64,000 nt of DNA from Xylographa opegraphella (lineage: Eukaryota): contig JALDZX010000048.1 of assembly GCA_022813865.1 (NCBI GenBank), positions 1 through 64,000 of the forward strand, in the 5' to 3' direction. The position numbers and the translations under genes were made by a program. Positions 37,629-51,494 of this stretch are shown here, piece after piece. The notes under the pieces are model-generated. The model searched no databases, was not told where the DNA came from, and saw only the letters and a list, made by a program, of their open reading frames with translations. Position 1 is the first letter of the stretch. Each line of letters starts with the position of its first letter.

Positions 37629-38851
37629 CTAGTCGATCCGGGGCGGACTCTTGCTCTTGGAATTGGATTTCGCGTGTCCGAAGGGACTGGCGCTCCTACT
37701 GTAATTGATGTCAGTCGGCGCCGTACTTATGTCTCGCTCGGATGCCGAGTTGATCCCGTCGTGTCAGGAGTACAAGCAGCAAGACTGCAAGAAAGGATCA
37801 GCTCACCTCCGCCTCCGCTCTCCTTCTCGCCTGAAATTCTCGATGATTCCCAGCATCTCCTTCCGCACCTTATGCGCATCGATCTGCTTGTTCGCCATAC
37901 TCATCCCTATCTTCTCGCCCCTGGCTGCCTTCAGGAGCTTCCCGAGCAATAAGTGTTTCATCAGTATGCAGACGAACACTCCGCAGTCGCTGCTATTCTC
38001 TTGCTGAGGCGAATCCTCCAGATCCTTGAGTATCAGCCTCTTGCCCAAGAGCGTTGACATTTTCTCTGCGGTCAGCGCCGCCGAAGATGCGTTTGAAGGA
38101 TGCATGCTATCATAGTGGAAGGCGACCCCGTCAACCACAGACACTAGAAGTAAAGACCAATGCGAGCCGCCCTCTGCAATGGCAGGGTTTCGGCAATCGT
38201 TGATGGGAAGGAATATGTGCGAGGTACGAGAGAAGTCTGGTAGAGCTTCTTTGAGGGTGAGTGGGTCGGGTGTCTGAACGAGCATAAAAGACATCGAGGG
38301 ACGGAGGAGGACGATATTGGCGTTTGGGTACTGTGTGAGGTATTCTCGCTCAAGGTATCTAGAGGGTGCCTCCGAATCAGCTCATTCAATCAATAAAGAG
38401 CACGATAGTCGTACTCCTCCCAGAATGCTATGCTCTTGCGTTCTGCGTTAGCTAGATATCCCACATCAATCCAGGTGACTTGTGCATACATTGTCTGTCA
38501 ACCAATCATCCTTGAGCGTATCGATATCCTCCTTCATCACTGCAAGATCTCAGCAAACAATATTCGGCTTTCGAAGTGATCAAGGTCAGGCGTATATACA
38601 TCGTACATCAAAGTCTGTAAAGCGTTACCAATATATTCCTGCCGTTGAAGTGACGAACAACTTACAGCTCAAATACGGATCTTCTGGCTTGAGCTTTTAA
38701 CACCCAAAGTCAGTCAACGACTCTCCCAACGAAGCCATGGAGCTCTGGCCAACCAAAGATTGGTAGTTGCAACTAACGATCGTGGCCATACCGAGTCTCC
38801 AAAATGCCTGCTGACCCTCCCATTGAAAGGGTGAAACCCGGAGTCACGCAT
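37629..38851 (-). CDS. NEDD8-specific Ulp1-family cysteine protease (DEN1/NEP1/DenA-like), about 7 exons
   Basis: Spliced MRDSGFHPFNGRVSRHFGDS|LKPEDPYLS|YFDVR|LMKEDIDTLKDDWLTDN|SIAFWEE|YLE; catalytic GGSHWSLL, HYDS, QQENSSDCGVFVC. Confidence 0.92.
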
Positions 38852-39349
38852 TCTGTGCGGTTCAAGTCTGGAAGACTTATAGAATTTCGTGCGCCGATAG
38901 TATCAGTAGCACTGATTTGTCGGTGCTGGAGACGTACACCACAGCGCTGGGTGGTCGAGGTACGCGCAATTCACGACGTATTTACTGAATTGCAGAATAT
39001 TAACAGCTCAAACGCAGGTGGTTCAGTGGGGTAAGCTTTCGGAGGCTCACAGCCCTTTACAGCTTTTGCGTTCTCCTTCTACAAATTGTTTAGGGATGAG
39101 GATATGTAGGTATCGTCGACTATCAACTTCGAGCTCGTGCACAATCAAGGAACCCTGCGTCATGCCTCGAGCTAGATGTTCTAGGACTAGCGCAACCCTG
39201 CAAGTTGAAGTTGGCCGATGAGTCGTTTAACTTATCAAGACTACGGGAAGTGGAATAGCTTTGGTATACACACTCAACTGCGGAAAGAGATGCGTGATAT
39301 TGAGCTCCGTCTAAGTAAAAAGCAAGTATGCAAGCCCTATTCTATCGCC

Positions 39350-39450
39350 AAAGCAAAAAAAAGAAAAAGAAAAAAAAACAAAAGCAAAAACAAAAAACAA
39401 GCGAAAAAAACAAAAAACAAGCGAAAAAAACAAAAACAAAACAAAACAAA
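39350..39450. repeat. A-rich low-complexity tract with an internal duplication (AAAAAACAAGCGAAAAAAAC); T-rich 3' region of the large minus-strand gene
   Basis: Read directly; it explains the Lys-rich spurious ORF 39218-39577. Confidence 0.85.
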
Positions 39451-39466
39451 CCCACAACGCCGTCTC

Positions 39467-42400
39467 CTAGTTCCCAGGGCCCCGGGTGGCTGTAGCCAAT
39501 TGACTCTGTCTCGCCTCTTCTTCAGAGGTCGAGATCTTCTGCATCTCTGCCACCCGGTGCCCCCTCACCCCCTTTGATGCACAGTCCAGGCTCAGGGTCA
39601 GCCCCACGAGCTGGGCCCCCAGAGCCTGGACTGCATGTTTGCGATTTTCCGCAAACATCTTCCGATCTCCAGCATGTGCATCATTTATACCTTCGATAAG
39701 CCTTGCTCCGCCTTCCGCAAAGTCGCTTACCGTGTCACCGACGGCCAACTCCTTTGAACCCAGTTGCCTAACGAGCCGCTATTACAGATCGTCAGTGATG
39801 CTCCAAAAGTAGATCAGTCACTACTGACGTTTGACATTTCAGACAATGAGTTAAGGGGCCTCCGCTGGTGCTGTTTCAATGCTCCTCGCCACTCAATCTC
39901 CGCTTTCATATGATGCTCACCTGATTCTGAGTCCGAAGTTCCAGGGCGATCATTTCTTCCTTTGCTGTTCGAACTATGCGAGCTTGAAGAATATCCGCTG
40001 CTCCAAGAGTTGCTGCGACGACGACGCCGGCTTCCGGGCTCTACCATCGTCATGTCTGCATCGGCCGGCTCTATATATTTGACGCCTTCGTCGTGAAGGG
40101 TGAAATCGATGTCCTCCGGATTCGGCTTCTTACTTCCTTTGGCAGTCCCCCCCGTAGCTCTGAGCCGCTCTACGAAGGAGTTCGATTGGGCCTGGTTCAT
40201 GTCGCTGAAAGGGTCAGATATCTTAGCCACCTGAACGACATCTTCTGTCTCAAAATTGACCAGTTTGCCGTCAGTGTGCTCATAATAATAGTTGACCATT
40301 GGTGAGCTTGACAACAGTTTCTCTGCTCTCGACGATCGCTCACCGATGCCATTTAGAAGAGGCTTTATCCGTGGCAGATCCACCTCGCGAGCGAAGTCAT
40401 TTCCTCTTTCACCCTGCTTGACCATTACTCGATCAGACTCCATGTCCATAGAAATGTTATGGCCCTCATTGTTCATTGTGTTACCCATAAGATGGCGGGT
40501 CTCGATGCTGTGCGTGCGTGAGTTTTGACTTCTAGTGGCTACTGGACTACCATTCTCTTGCACTCGCGACCTTTGAGAACTCAATTGCCTAACAGTAGGA
40601 TTTTGAATGGACGTGCTGAATTGGGCGTTGGGCTTTTCAACTGCTTGAGGCGTTGGTGGTACTGCAGTGGTAACACCGCGGGGCTTCTTGATAGGTGCAT
40701 CCTTTGATCTCTGCTGACTGAAAGAAAATTCAATGGTTTGTTGCTCCACTGAGTATTTCCTTTTTCTCGACGAAGACTGAGCCTCAGTCAGTACGGGAGC
40801 CTTCGGGACCGAAAGCTGCTTTTCAGCGTGCGCTTTGTGTGCAGATGAAATCCCTTGATTGCGTGGTCCGTTCGAGTCGAAGCCAATAAGAATAGGCTTG
40901 CGTTGTGTACGATCGTCTGTGGCTATAACTCCAGTATCGCCCCTGTCGATCGGATGTTCATCTGAGTTTGCCGATGTGTCATCAGACTTTGGCAATTCCA
41001 TGAACTTGTCAGCTTTGAGTTTCTTATTTATACTACCAGCCAGACCATCAGACTTTCGCTTGTTACTGACTCGTTCTTTCTTACGATCAGTTGTTGGCCA
41101 TTCCTGAGCAATTTCGAAGTCCTCCTCTGAACTTGCTTCATCGCCTGAGGAAATCTCGACCAGCTCGCGAGCTGGCTGAGACTCAGTAGCGTCAACTAAG
41201 CCATCTGTAGTTGCAGATCTACCGGTGTCATCATTGGCAGTGGTCGGACGGTGCTCAGAAATTGGACCTGTAGTGTACGACTTCGAACTCTGCTTTGCAA
41301 GATTCAAATCAACCTCTGGAATAGTTTCGTTCTCTTTTTCGTGGGCCACTTGATGAGACATAGGCATCGAGTCCAGAATGACATCTTGAGCGTTATGTTC
41401 AAGCTTGATGGTTGTGACATGGTCTTGCACAGGACGAGCGTGGCTAGAAGAATGAGTAGTTGTCTTAGGTTCGACATGCTGGAGTTGAGACAAAGTAGCT
41501 GGAATATCATGTTCGGGAAGTGCAGTTGTGCTTTTACTGCCAGTTGATGCCACATTTGTTGACGAGCTTTGAGCAGTGGGTATTCTGAAAGAAGTGCTGG
41601 TTACAGATGGTGGTATCATGAAAGGAGTCGTGATAGGGATGAAATCAACTCGCGAGGATGAGGTTGGGTGGCCACCCTGATCAACACCGGATAAGTGCCC
41701 AGCTTCAAGGTTCGAAAAAGTCTGAGGATTATGCAATTGAGCTGATTGTTCTGCAATCAGTGCTTCAGGTTCACGCTCATTGAATGTGTCTGAAAAGCTG
41801 ATATCATTGTCGGCGCCGGTAAAATCTGGTGGTTGTGCGATTTGCTGCGCGACAATCTCGTCAGACGTGTGAGGCATCTTACAGGTTGTAATTAGATCGA
41901 CAGATTCTTCAGGAGATCTAGATTCAACAGGAGAGACCAAAGATTTCTTGGTATCAGTTGTTTGGGCCTGATGAAGATCACCAGAATGACCATCAGCTCG
42001 CTCAACTGAACGGCTCGAGAGGTGACTAGATGTTGTTAATAAACGATTTGGTGGGTTATTGATTGTAGAACTATACCTGTCAACATTCGCTTTCCCATGA
42101 CGAAGCTCCTTTGACGGCGTCATTCTTTGGTCTTTGGGTAATTGCTTTGATCGTTTCGTAGCCTTGTGGTGGACTGTACTGAGTTGTGAGTTGACTGAAA
42201 ATGAAGGACCGGCTTCCAAGGCGGAATGCTCACAAATCCGTCGCGCCTTGTCGATGCGCCTTACGTGTTCGCGACTTTCCGGGGCAATCATGTCATCATT
42301 AAGCTTTCCGTCCGTGTGAATTGAATCCTCGTTAGGCCTAAGGCTTTGTAACTTCTGATTGGCCTGCACGGCGGCCATTCGCTTCGGTAGTTGACGCCTA

Positions 42401-45375
42401 GGGACCGCTGGGTCAGGCTGTCTGCTCATACTCGCACTGGCTGTGTTCCTATTGGACCTTTTTGTGACAGAACGCTCGTTTGTCTTTGTGTTGGAGGAAA
42501 ATTCTCTAGACACATTCTCTGGCACTTGGTTTGGTGAGCTTTCACTGGTCCGATCCGAACGATTCCCATTGTTGATGGTCATCAGCGGGTTTTCTTCTAC
42601 CGCATTAGCAACTTCCCCTCCTGGGAGCATATCTTTATCATCACCATCAGTATGAGCTTCACTGTCCTGAATATCTTCTTGATGAACAGCCCTTTCAGGA
42701 GGAGCTCGAGTGCGATTGCTCTTAGAAGCCGATTTCGGCACTGGGTCCTTCGCCATACCTAACACTGGCTTTACCCTAGCACGTTTGGACACATCCTTTG
42801 ATTTGGTGGATTTCGTTTTCTTCACAACTGTCCTTTTATGCTTCGTCTTAGCTGATGGCTTGCTAATTCTCGAAGGGGAATCTGGGATTGCAAAAACGTC
42901 GCCTTCCGTGGCAAGATCGTCGGGCTCAACATCATGAGACGCTCGGTCTATAGAGTTCGCAGGCTTGGACGTAGCGGCATAAGTGGTTTTTTCTTTAGAC
43001 GCGCGTTTCTTCGCAGGCATATCGTTGTTGACTACGGAGACTCCCTTCCTGGACTTGGAGTACTTTTTGGGTCTCGAGGCCTCTTCATCAGTCCCCACAG
43101 ACTCGATTTGTTCGCCATCACGGTTCAGCAAGCGTTTACTGACTTTAGACGCCTTTCTTTTCTGGGCTCCAGTCAGCCCCATCACCTCTGTCGGGAATGG
43201 CACAATCTCAAGCTCCTTTCTATTGTCAGCTGTGTCGTCTAAAGGATCTTGGCCATGCTTGTGATTGACTGCCTGGAGCTGTCTCGATCCCATTGGAAGA
43301 ATTGGTTTCACTTGTGCTTTAAGACGTGTGCCTACTTCTCTTGGTTGAGCCAATTGGCTTGCCGTGCGTCCAGTATCATGGATCTGACTTGCGAGCTCTA
43401 GGGCATTGTCGATAGCGTTTACTCCATCTCTCCATTGAGCGGAACACGTTGCAATGGTATCCAGCGGGCTTCTAGTTCCTTGAGTAGCTAGGATACCGGT
43501 GGGCTCTAATTCATGACGTCGAAAGACCTCCCCTGCCCTGGGTTTCTCACGGCCACTCTGACGTGCGCTTTCCGGTGTTTTTATCCCATATTTGGACAAG
43601 TGATCTACATCATGAAGCCGCCGCGCGCCAGTTGACGCTGCAACACACGATGGAGATCCTGTGTCAATCGGTATCTGAGCGTTTATTGCGGTTGCCACAG
43701 TACCCATTCTCGTGCCATCATCAACCATAGAAATCATCTCCTCACTCTCCTCAAACGTTTCAGCGAAATCTGCAATTGACCAATCCATTCTATGTCTAGG
43801 GATCTCTCGTTGAACAGGACTTGGTGAGACGTCAGGTTGGTCATCAGAGTCAATAGGTTCGCTACCATCGGGCAGACTATCTGAAACTGATAGACTATCG
43901 ATGTCTGTCTTCCCCTGAGCTTGAAGACCAAGGATAAGATGTCTCAAGGTATTGGCGATGTTTCTGTTATCAAAGACCAGACGCAAAAATGGATATGACC
44001 GAGCCGCAGCGTTCACGAACATTGTATGCTCGTCGATCTTGCTTAGGTAAACGACGACTGCAGATCTCACATGACTCTCCGGAGAACTTGTAGGTGCACT
44101 CACAGGCGCTTCCTGAATTTCAACTCTGCTTATGTTGTTGATAGGCACATCGACATATTGACTGGACTTTCTTGTACCGTATGTTGTCGTGAGTTCTGGC
44201 ACGATGATACTTAAATGTCCGGCCAACGTGACGAGAAATGACGGTGCGGTGTCGCTATAAGCTTTCCTGCCGAGCTGAAGAGAATACGAGAGGGGAGCGA
44301 ATTTCCTGTCAAATTATCAACTTCTTACCCAGCGACGACCTTCATCCAGCTAACGTACTGTTCATGGCCTGTCAACTGCGAGTCCACCTCATCAAGATAG
44401 CCCTTCAAGAGTTCAGGCCAATGTGAGTTATCGAATTGAACCTCAAAGAAATTCGTCTGAAGTGCGATACTGCTGTCACTAGACCAGAACAAATCTCGAG
44501 AGCCGCCTTGACTGATAATTTGCCTAATGATGGCTCCCGCTATATATCGAAGTATTTCGTTCTGCTCACGAATGACCATGTGTCCGATCATATAGCTCAG
44601 CAACCGCTACGTTAGTCCAGACCTATTTGTCATTTTGGAGACAGAAATCTACCGGTTCTCCTCAGACTCTGTCACAGCCATTTTGATATTTTCTGGGGAG
44701 TCCTGCAAAAGCGCTAATGCGAGCAACCCGGTCTAGGAGCAGTATTGTTAGATAGTCAAGGTTTTTGCGAAGGATAATCTTACCCATCTTCTGGCTCCAA
44801 CATCAACCAGACTGTTACGGAAATGCTTCAGGCAAAGCCTGAGTATCTGGCGGCCAATACACGCTTTCCTCGATAGCGACGATAGGTTCCCCAAGGGGGA
44901 AGTCACTCTTTGCGGCTCTTTGGTTTCAAGGTCAACCTCATCAAGAGCCTCCTGTTGAGCATCAATACTATTCACGTCTATCGAACTGCTCCCGGAACGA
45001 TACTTACCGTGAGCAAACAAAAACCCCGCTGCTGAGCCCAAGAGGCTTCCGATAGCCTGAGGATAGCGAAAACAGACACAAATGCCCTGTACTCCAACCG
45101 AGAACAAACCGCCGGCTCCGAGCCGTCAAGAACCTGGACGACTGCGGCAACCTCCTTTGCAGGTAAAGGACGTCCTGGTTTTATGATGCGCGCCACAGCC
45201 GTGTTTATAGAAGGATGGATCCTGGAGTTCACCTCAGCTTACGCCCAATTAAATGACTATCCGTGGTCACGGACCTAATCTGCCCTGAATCCTCTTTCGT
45301 GATTCTAAGGAACTCAGCTAGCGTCGACAAGGTCGAGGTATGGCCACTGATTTGAGCGGAGATCTTCTTCGGCAT
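39467..45375 (-). CDS. Large (about 1,860 aa) protein: helical plus PH-like N-terminus, long disordered middle, C-terminal helical/coiled-coil region; candidate Red1/Rec10/SYCP2-like meiotic axis protein; about 7 exons
   Basis: 1470-aa open exon plus short upstream exons joinable by GT-AG introns from the ATG at 45375; last intron about 39828-39779. The functional call rests on architecture only. Confidence 0.7.
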
Positions 45376-46832
45376 TATGACAAATTGATGCTTTTATCAA
45401 ATGAGGAACCGTTTCTTCCTATGCAAAGAAATGCGGTCCAGAAGAATCATATGTATCAAAACGAAGTCAGAATAAAATTGGAATGATTCGGATTTGTGCC
45501 TTTAGACAAGAATGATGAAATGTCCACGAGTGATGGTAGAGAAAATTCAGCCGAAAGAGGCATGATAACTGGGCTCAATGCCCCGCCGATTTCGAGACGC
45601 TAGGTCATCGCTTAGGGAGTTACGCAATCCCACACAAACCCTAAGCCAAGCCTTAGGGCACAAATGTCATGTGATGAAATACTTCCTGTGACGTACGTAC
45701 CTATCCCTTCTCTTACACAAGCACGCGAAGACATTGCGAAATGAAACGAAAAGAAGCCCTGCATAGAGCGAATGCCATTATATGACTCCAATGTTGACGT
45801 GTGCATACGGAAACATAGAATAAGCTACCAAAAAGATATAAGAACCACTCGTCGAGTTCAAAGCCATAGCTGCACCCACACAGCATCTTCCTCGACAGAC
45901 CTGCCAGAGACCAGAAACGTCCATTCCGATTTACCTCGGTCGTGGACCAAAGCTGCTGCCATGCAGACTATCCACGTGTGCCAACCCAAGCTCAGTCCAT
46001 TCTTATATAGGGAAAGAGAATACCTTGGTCGAAGGCTTGCGGGATGCATCGAGACGATCCTTTACAAGAGATCAGATATACGAAGTATCGAGCCGCTCAG
46101 GCAGCTTAGACAACAATATCAGGTAGCTGGACGAAGTGGCGATGCAACGACTTCGCACTACCATCAGTCGAGAATACCGGTGGGACATGGAGACTCGGCG
46201 CGGTGTGAACCAAAATCTCCGCGTAACAACCACAAGACAACACCACCCTTACACATCACACGGCCCACCTCGCGCATAAACGCCGGCCTTGCCACAAAGG
46301 ACTCCGTCCAGAGTAAGGATGTCGCGCCGCAACGCTGAAGTTCACCTCCCGCGCAATCCTAAAATCCTCGGTAGCAGAAAACCCCACTAGGACCAAAGCA
46401 GGCCTAGTGCCTCGAGCTTTCAATGGGCCAATAAGGAAACCCCGTAGTAATAGTAGTCATAACAGAGCTCCAACGACAAGTCCCATCCATCGTGAGAATC
46501 CGCCACAGTCACTTCCGCCTTACTGCACTCCACGCAGCTACATGGACAGCTCTGGCCTGGGGTGCTTACCCATGATTTCACTCAATACAAACACAGTTCA
46601 CGTGCACAATCAATCTCCCTTGCAAAACGGAGTGGTATGATGAATATATTCGTAGACGGCCCGCACAGAAGCGTACATTCGCAAGCATTCATGGAAAGAG
46701 TACGCCTCTATCATCTCAAGCACGTGCGTAGAACGAGTCAACGGCTCCCTTCCTCCGCCAGCGACCACCCATCCACCCACCGCCATCAAAAAGTTCTCCC
46801 CTCTCTCCCCCTTCAACTCCTCACCATCTAAT

Positions 46833-48667
46833 TTATCCATGCTTAAAGTGCTGCTTCTCCGTACTATCCGCATCATCATGATGCACCGTAAGCGCGCTCG
46901 CATCATGGGACATATTGCGATGCGGCGGCCTGACCATGCCGGTCTCGGGATCGATAACGGAGTGACCACGCTGGGCGGCCTGGACGAGGTCGGGGTTCTG
47001 CTCCTTGAGGATAGCGAAGTTGCGCTCGGCGTCCCAGTTCCAGATAGAGTCGGAGGCGAAGAGCAAGTTCATCTCCTCGAGCGTGCGCTGATTGGACTCG
47101 GGGTACAGAGCCCAGACCATGGGGATGGTGATGACGTTGCACGCGCCGAAGATGTAGTACGTGTTCTCGTCCAGCGCAGCGAAGATGATGGGCAGTAGCA
47201 GCGTGCACCAGCCGTTGCCGATGGACCAGCCCACCACGCCCCACGCGTTGCCCTTGGCTCGCACCTCCAGCGGGAAGATCTCGGCCGGGTACAGCCACGG
47301 CACCGTCAGCCAGGTCGCGCCGAAGGTGGCGGTGAAGATGAAGATCATGGCCACGGCGCCGATACCGTAGCCGGCCGCTGTCTGGGTGTCGCCGCGGGCG
47401 GTGGCGTTCTTGCCCAGCTTAGTGAGAGCGGCGGCGAGGATCATGGGGATGCCTTGCATGACGGAGCCCCAGTACAGGGTCCAGCGGCGGCCGATGCGGT
47501 CGAGGGTGAAGACGCAGATGAGGGTGGCGAAGGTGTAGGTGATGTAGTTGAGCCCGGAGATCCACTTGCTGTTGGCGTTGCTGATACCCGCGATCCGGAA
47601 GATGGTGGGCGCGTAGATGGTGACACCGGCGATGCCGATCCACTCCTGCATGATCTGGAGCCAGATGACGAGCTGAACGCGACGGCCGGTGTGGAGCTTG
47701 CCAGAGCCGATGCCGAAGAGCATGGCGATGTACGAGTGATTCTTGGACGTGGCGCGCTCGAGTTCGGCGATGTTCTTGATGTCTTGGAACTCCGCCTCTG
47801 CGCGGCCGACATCCTCGCCAGTTTCACCACGAAGACGACCTAGGATGTAGCGCGCCTCTTCGTTTCGGCCCACCTTGACCAGGTATCGGGGAGACTCGGG
47901 GAAGAACCAGACGGAGATGGCGAGCGCGAGGAGCGGGAGGATCTGGAAGGCGATGGGGAAGCGCCAGACGAAGCCGTACCGCCCGCTCCCGTCACCGTAG
48001 TAGGCGCAGCCAAACTCGAGCCAGTACGCGACCACGACGCCGAAGATGTTGAGCGTGAACTCGATGGTGACGAACTGGCCGCGAGAAGTGTGTTCAGCGG
48101 TCTCGGTAGCCCAGACTGGGACGATGGCGTTCAAGATGCCGGTTCCGAAGCCGTTGATGAGACGTGCTTCAACAGTGTTAGCCATTCGTAATCGATCCAC
48201 ACGGGACGGTCAGTCTATATCTACCGATGATCATCCAGTTGTGATTCTGCGCGGAGCATTGGAGGCAGGCGCCGAAGACTCCCCAGCAGGCACCGATGGA
48301 GATGGTCTTGATACGACCGTAACGGTCTCCCAGTGACCCTCCGGCGAGAGCACCAATGAGCGTGCCGAGATAATAGATAGCGATCTAGCAGGCTTTAGCT
48401 CCAGTCCCCGTCTTCGAACCATACCCTGGTACTCACAATGCCTCCCTGAAGCAGGGTGTTGTCAATGACGGGAGCTCCGGTCTTCGGGTCTGGGTGGCCG
48501 AAACCCATGGTGGTTTGGTAGTAATCCACGGTGTTGTTCACACCGCTCATCAGGCCTTGATCATACCCGAAGAAGAAGATACTGAGGGAGGCGATGCAAT
48601 TGATGGCAATCAGCAGGCTCCGCTTCTGGTACTTGTGCACCACATTGGAGCGAGGGATCGTGTCCAT
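46833..48667 (-). CDS. MFS sugar porter (STL1-like subfamily), 3 exons
   Basis: FFFGYDQGLMSGV, RLINGFGTGILNAIVPVWATE, PESPRYL, QIMQEWIGI, LDRIGRRWTL, WLYPAEIFPLEVRAKG, YPESNQRTLEEM; TATATAA near 48810-48817. Confidence 0.95.
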
Positions 48668-50879
48668 GATGGTAGAGCGTCACGGGTGGGAATGTCGTCG
48701 AGGCAAGAAGGACAAATCCGGCGACTTGAAGCTGTCCCGGGGAGAAGGTCGAGAGAAGAAGCAGTGAAGAAGGTAGCGACAAGTAGACGAGAGACATTGG
48801 ACGTCGATCTTATATAACAAAAGGCCCGTTGAGCAGATTGATAGACATGATCCGCACCCGCTAGCGGGCATATGCAGTTGCTGGGGCGGTCGACAAATCA
48901 CGACGCGTGACTCCATTGATCGGGTTTCCAGCAACGCAGCACGCAGTCGCGACAGCAGCAGCGTGCCGCATGATTGGACCGGCAATTGCAGAGGGCCAGA
49001 ATCGCATGCAGAGGTTGTACGTCAACAACGCTCCAGGCGCAAGGCCCGCTTGCCAGCCTCATCCTGCCACACCTGTATCGGCCGTCACTCGTTGGAGAGC
49101 GGGAGAGATAGAGTTTGGCCAGGTCGCATGTCGTGTTCCCATCTCATCTCATCCCCGTTGCTGTTTGTTGGTGGTGGAGGGAGAGCGAAGGATTGTGAGG
49201 ATTCTGGTGGAGCAGACCTGCGACCGTTAGCGCGGCCTGATCTAAGCGCAGGCTTGTGAGTCGTCGACTTCTTCACCACCGTCCCACTTCCTCCACCGCC
49301 GCTGAGCCAGTCAGTGGACAAAGACGGCGCCGGCAGAACGAGAAGAACGGCCTTCCAGAAGCCTTCCGGATCCAGTTCACGCCACTACCAGCTCACGAGC
49401 TCCGAGTCATGTAGTCGTCGATCCCCAGACCCCATGTTTCCCCCCCCAGCCGCCTCCGCAAGATCTCTCCCCACATCACACCAGTCACGACTCACCAAAC
49501 AGCGCCCCTCCCACACCGCGCCAGGAGACCTTGACCCGGCTTCGCTGGCAGCCCGACGCCTTCGCAACGGCTTCGAGTCAGTGGAGCGCGGACTGCCCGG
49601 CCTTCTAGTCGGCTTCGATTCCTTCTAGTGTCCTTCCGAGCTGTCGATCGCCCGTCGGATCGACCTCATCAGCATGACACGCTGACTGCTGTTACGTACT
49701 GGTGCTCTATCGCAGTAGTCGTGGAGATGGATGCTGGACGAAAAACACAAAGAATGGGCTCGATTCGCGGGTGCATGACGCTATTACTGCTCAGCCAAAT
49801 TGACTTGCTCGGCTGCATGGCATCGCATCTCATTTCCACCCTCCAACCGTTGTGCGAACGGGGATGTGTTGGGGACCCGCAGTCCAACCTCCATCCAAGC
49901 AATTCTCAGCGTCAAGCACGTCGCGAAGAGGGAGCTATGCCCGACTCTGCTACTCCTGCGCAAACTGAAAGCGTCTGCAACGTGAGGGCTCCAGCTTGGC
50001 AATTACAGGCTGCTGGTCGGGATGCCGGGTGTGTTCGGCGTTAATTCCGACGGAGAGCAATGTACCCCAAATCCAGTTCACGAGAGCTTGAGCGAAACGC
50101 ATGGCCGGACTCGGCGTCAGGCCATCGGGATGCTGCAAAGACCCGGCAGCTTGGACCTGGCCAGTGCCGGGGAAGGCGTTGTGATATATGAGCTCTCACG
50201 TCTCTGTCATGTTCACGCAGTCACCACTCTCAGATTTAGCTAGGGAAATCAGCAGCCTGCTTGGACGCTAAAGACTAGAAGCGTCGTGTGTAGGGAGGTA
50301 GGTAAGGTAGGTAGGCGGCCACTTGCTCACAGTCCTTACTAGTCTTTCGACTCCGTGAGGTCTCCCACGCTCCCGAGATACCTTAACTCTCAGCCATCCC
50401 ACCAAGACTCATAGGCTTCAAGCTACAAGGTCACCATGGTTCACTAACGGGGTGACTTCCTGCGTGGCCTCGGCGGCGGCTTTGTGATAAAGACGGCGCC
50501 AAGAAGATCTGCCAATACATGCTCTACGCATTTTAGATGGTAGAAATGCATCACGTGGAAGAAGTGTTCCGGCAGACTTTCGAGCAGCTACAAGCGGCCG
50601 AATGATACCTGCGGTGTACGTGTTCCAGCACAGCTCGAATTCTCCTAGCGATTCCTATGCCTGCTCGCGAAGGCCGTATGCGCGGTACTCGGAATCCCAG
50701 CTGGATACGCTGTTGGTTCCCGATTGAGGGTGAGATGATGTCTATCTGCATCGTGACTTCGCTCCGTCGGAGAGCTCTCGACTTGTATCACCGCCCAACC
50801 TTGCCAATCAAGTCCCTGGAGCCCATCTCGTTCCTACAATGGAACTCCTCTACTATCTACTATATGCACGAGACCGATC

Positions 50880-51494
50880 GTGAGAGTGATGCTTCCTAGC
50901 ATATATGATAGCTTCTTTCCCGGTAACACCCACCTACCACATGTTGATCCCTACGGCGAGACGGACGACATCGAAGACCAGGGCCTCCGTACCTCTGACT
51001 TTAAATGTCGGCTCGACGGCCAACAGCTGGAAAGCCTGTTTGTTGCATGCAAGAGCCTCGACCACGCGTTGCCGGCGCGTCGAATCCAGCCCTCGAAGTT
51101 TGCAGATAGCTGCTACCACTAGGAATTAGGTTCGAGGAACCCAATCTCCTACGCAAGCGACGCCTTCCTCGTGGGGGATGACAAGGTTACATCGTGGTCA
51201 ATCCCACGAAACTGTGTTCGAACGCTCAAGGCGTTTGTGTGGTTCGGGACCGGTGACTCGACTTACTGCAAAGCTATGGTAACCTGTACTGCATGTGCAT
51301 CGCGTCTACAACCTTGTTTCGTTGGCGACCTGATTAGACAGCCAATACGCTACCGCTTCGCAGCTCCAGCGGATTGCGCCATCAAGCACCCCCGACGGTC
51401 TTCCGATAGCCTGGATTTCACGGCCAGACGAGGTACGGAAGCCGCGGAAATGGTTCATCGAGGCAGCCTGTCGCGGAAACCTACTTTCACATGA
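50880..51494 (+). pseudogene. Possible decayed gene relic: two ORFs in the same frame separated by a TAG at 51120-51122
   Basis: 50880-51122 and 51171-51494 share a frame; protein-like composition but no recognisable family. Confidence 0.2.

Noticed and set aside
45637..45644. AACCCTAA as a possible telomerase RNA template linked to TERT
   Set aside because: It sits in a promoter context with inverse copies. I see no pseudoknot, CR4/5 domain or terminal intron, and the space before the converging transporter is short. A covariance-model search would be needed.
45772..46338. 188-aa plus-strand ORF
   Set aside because: No recognisable motif or splice structure; possibly a relic but unsupported.
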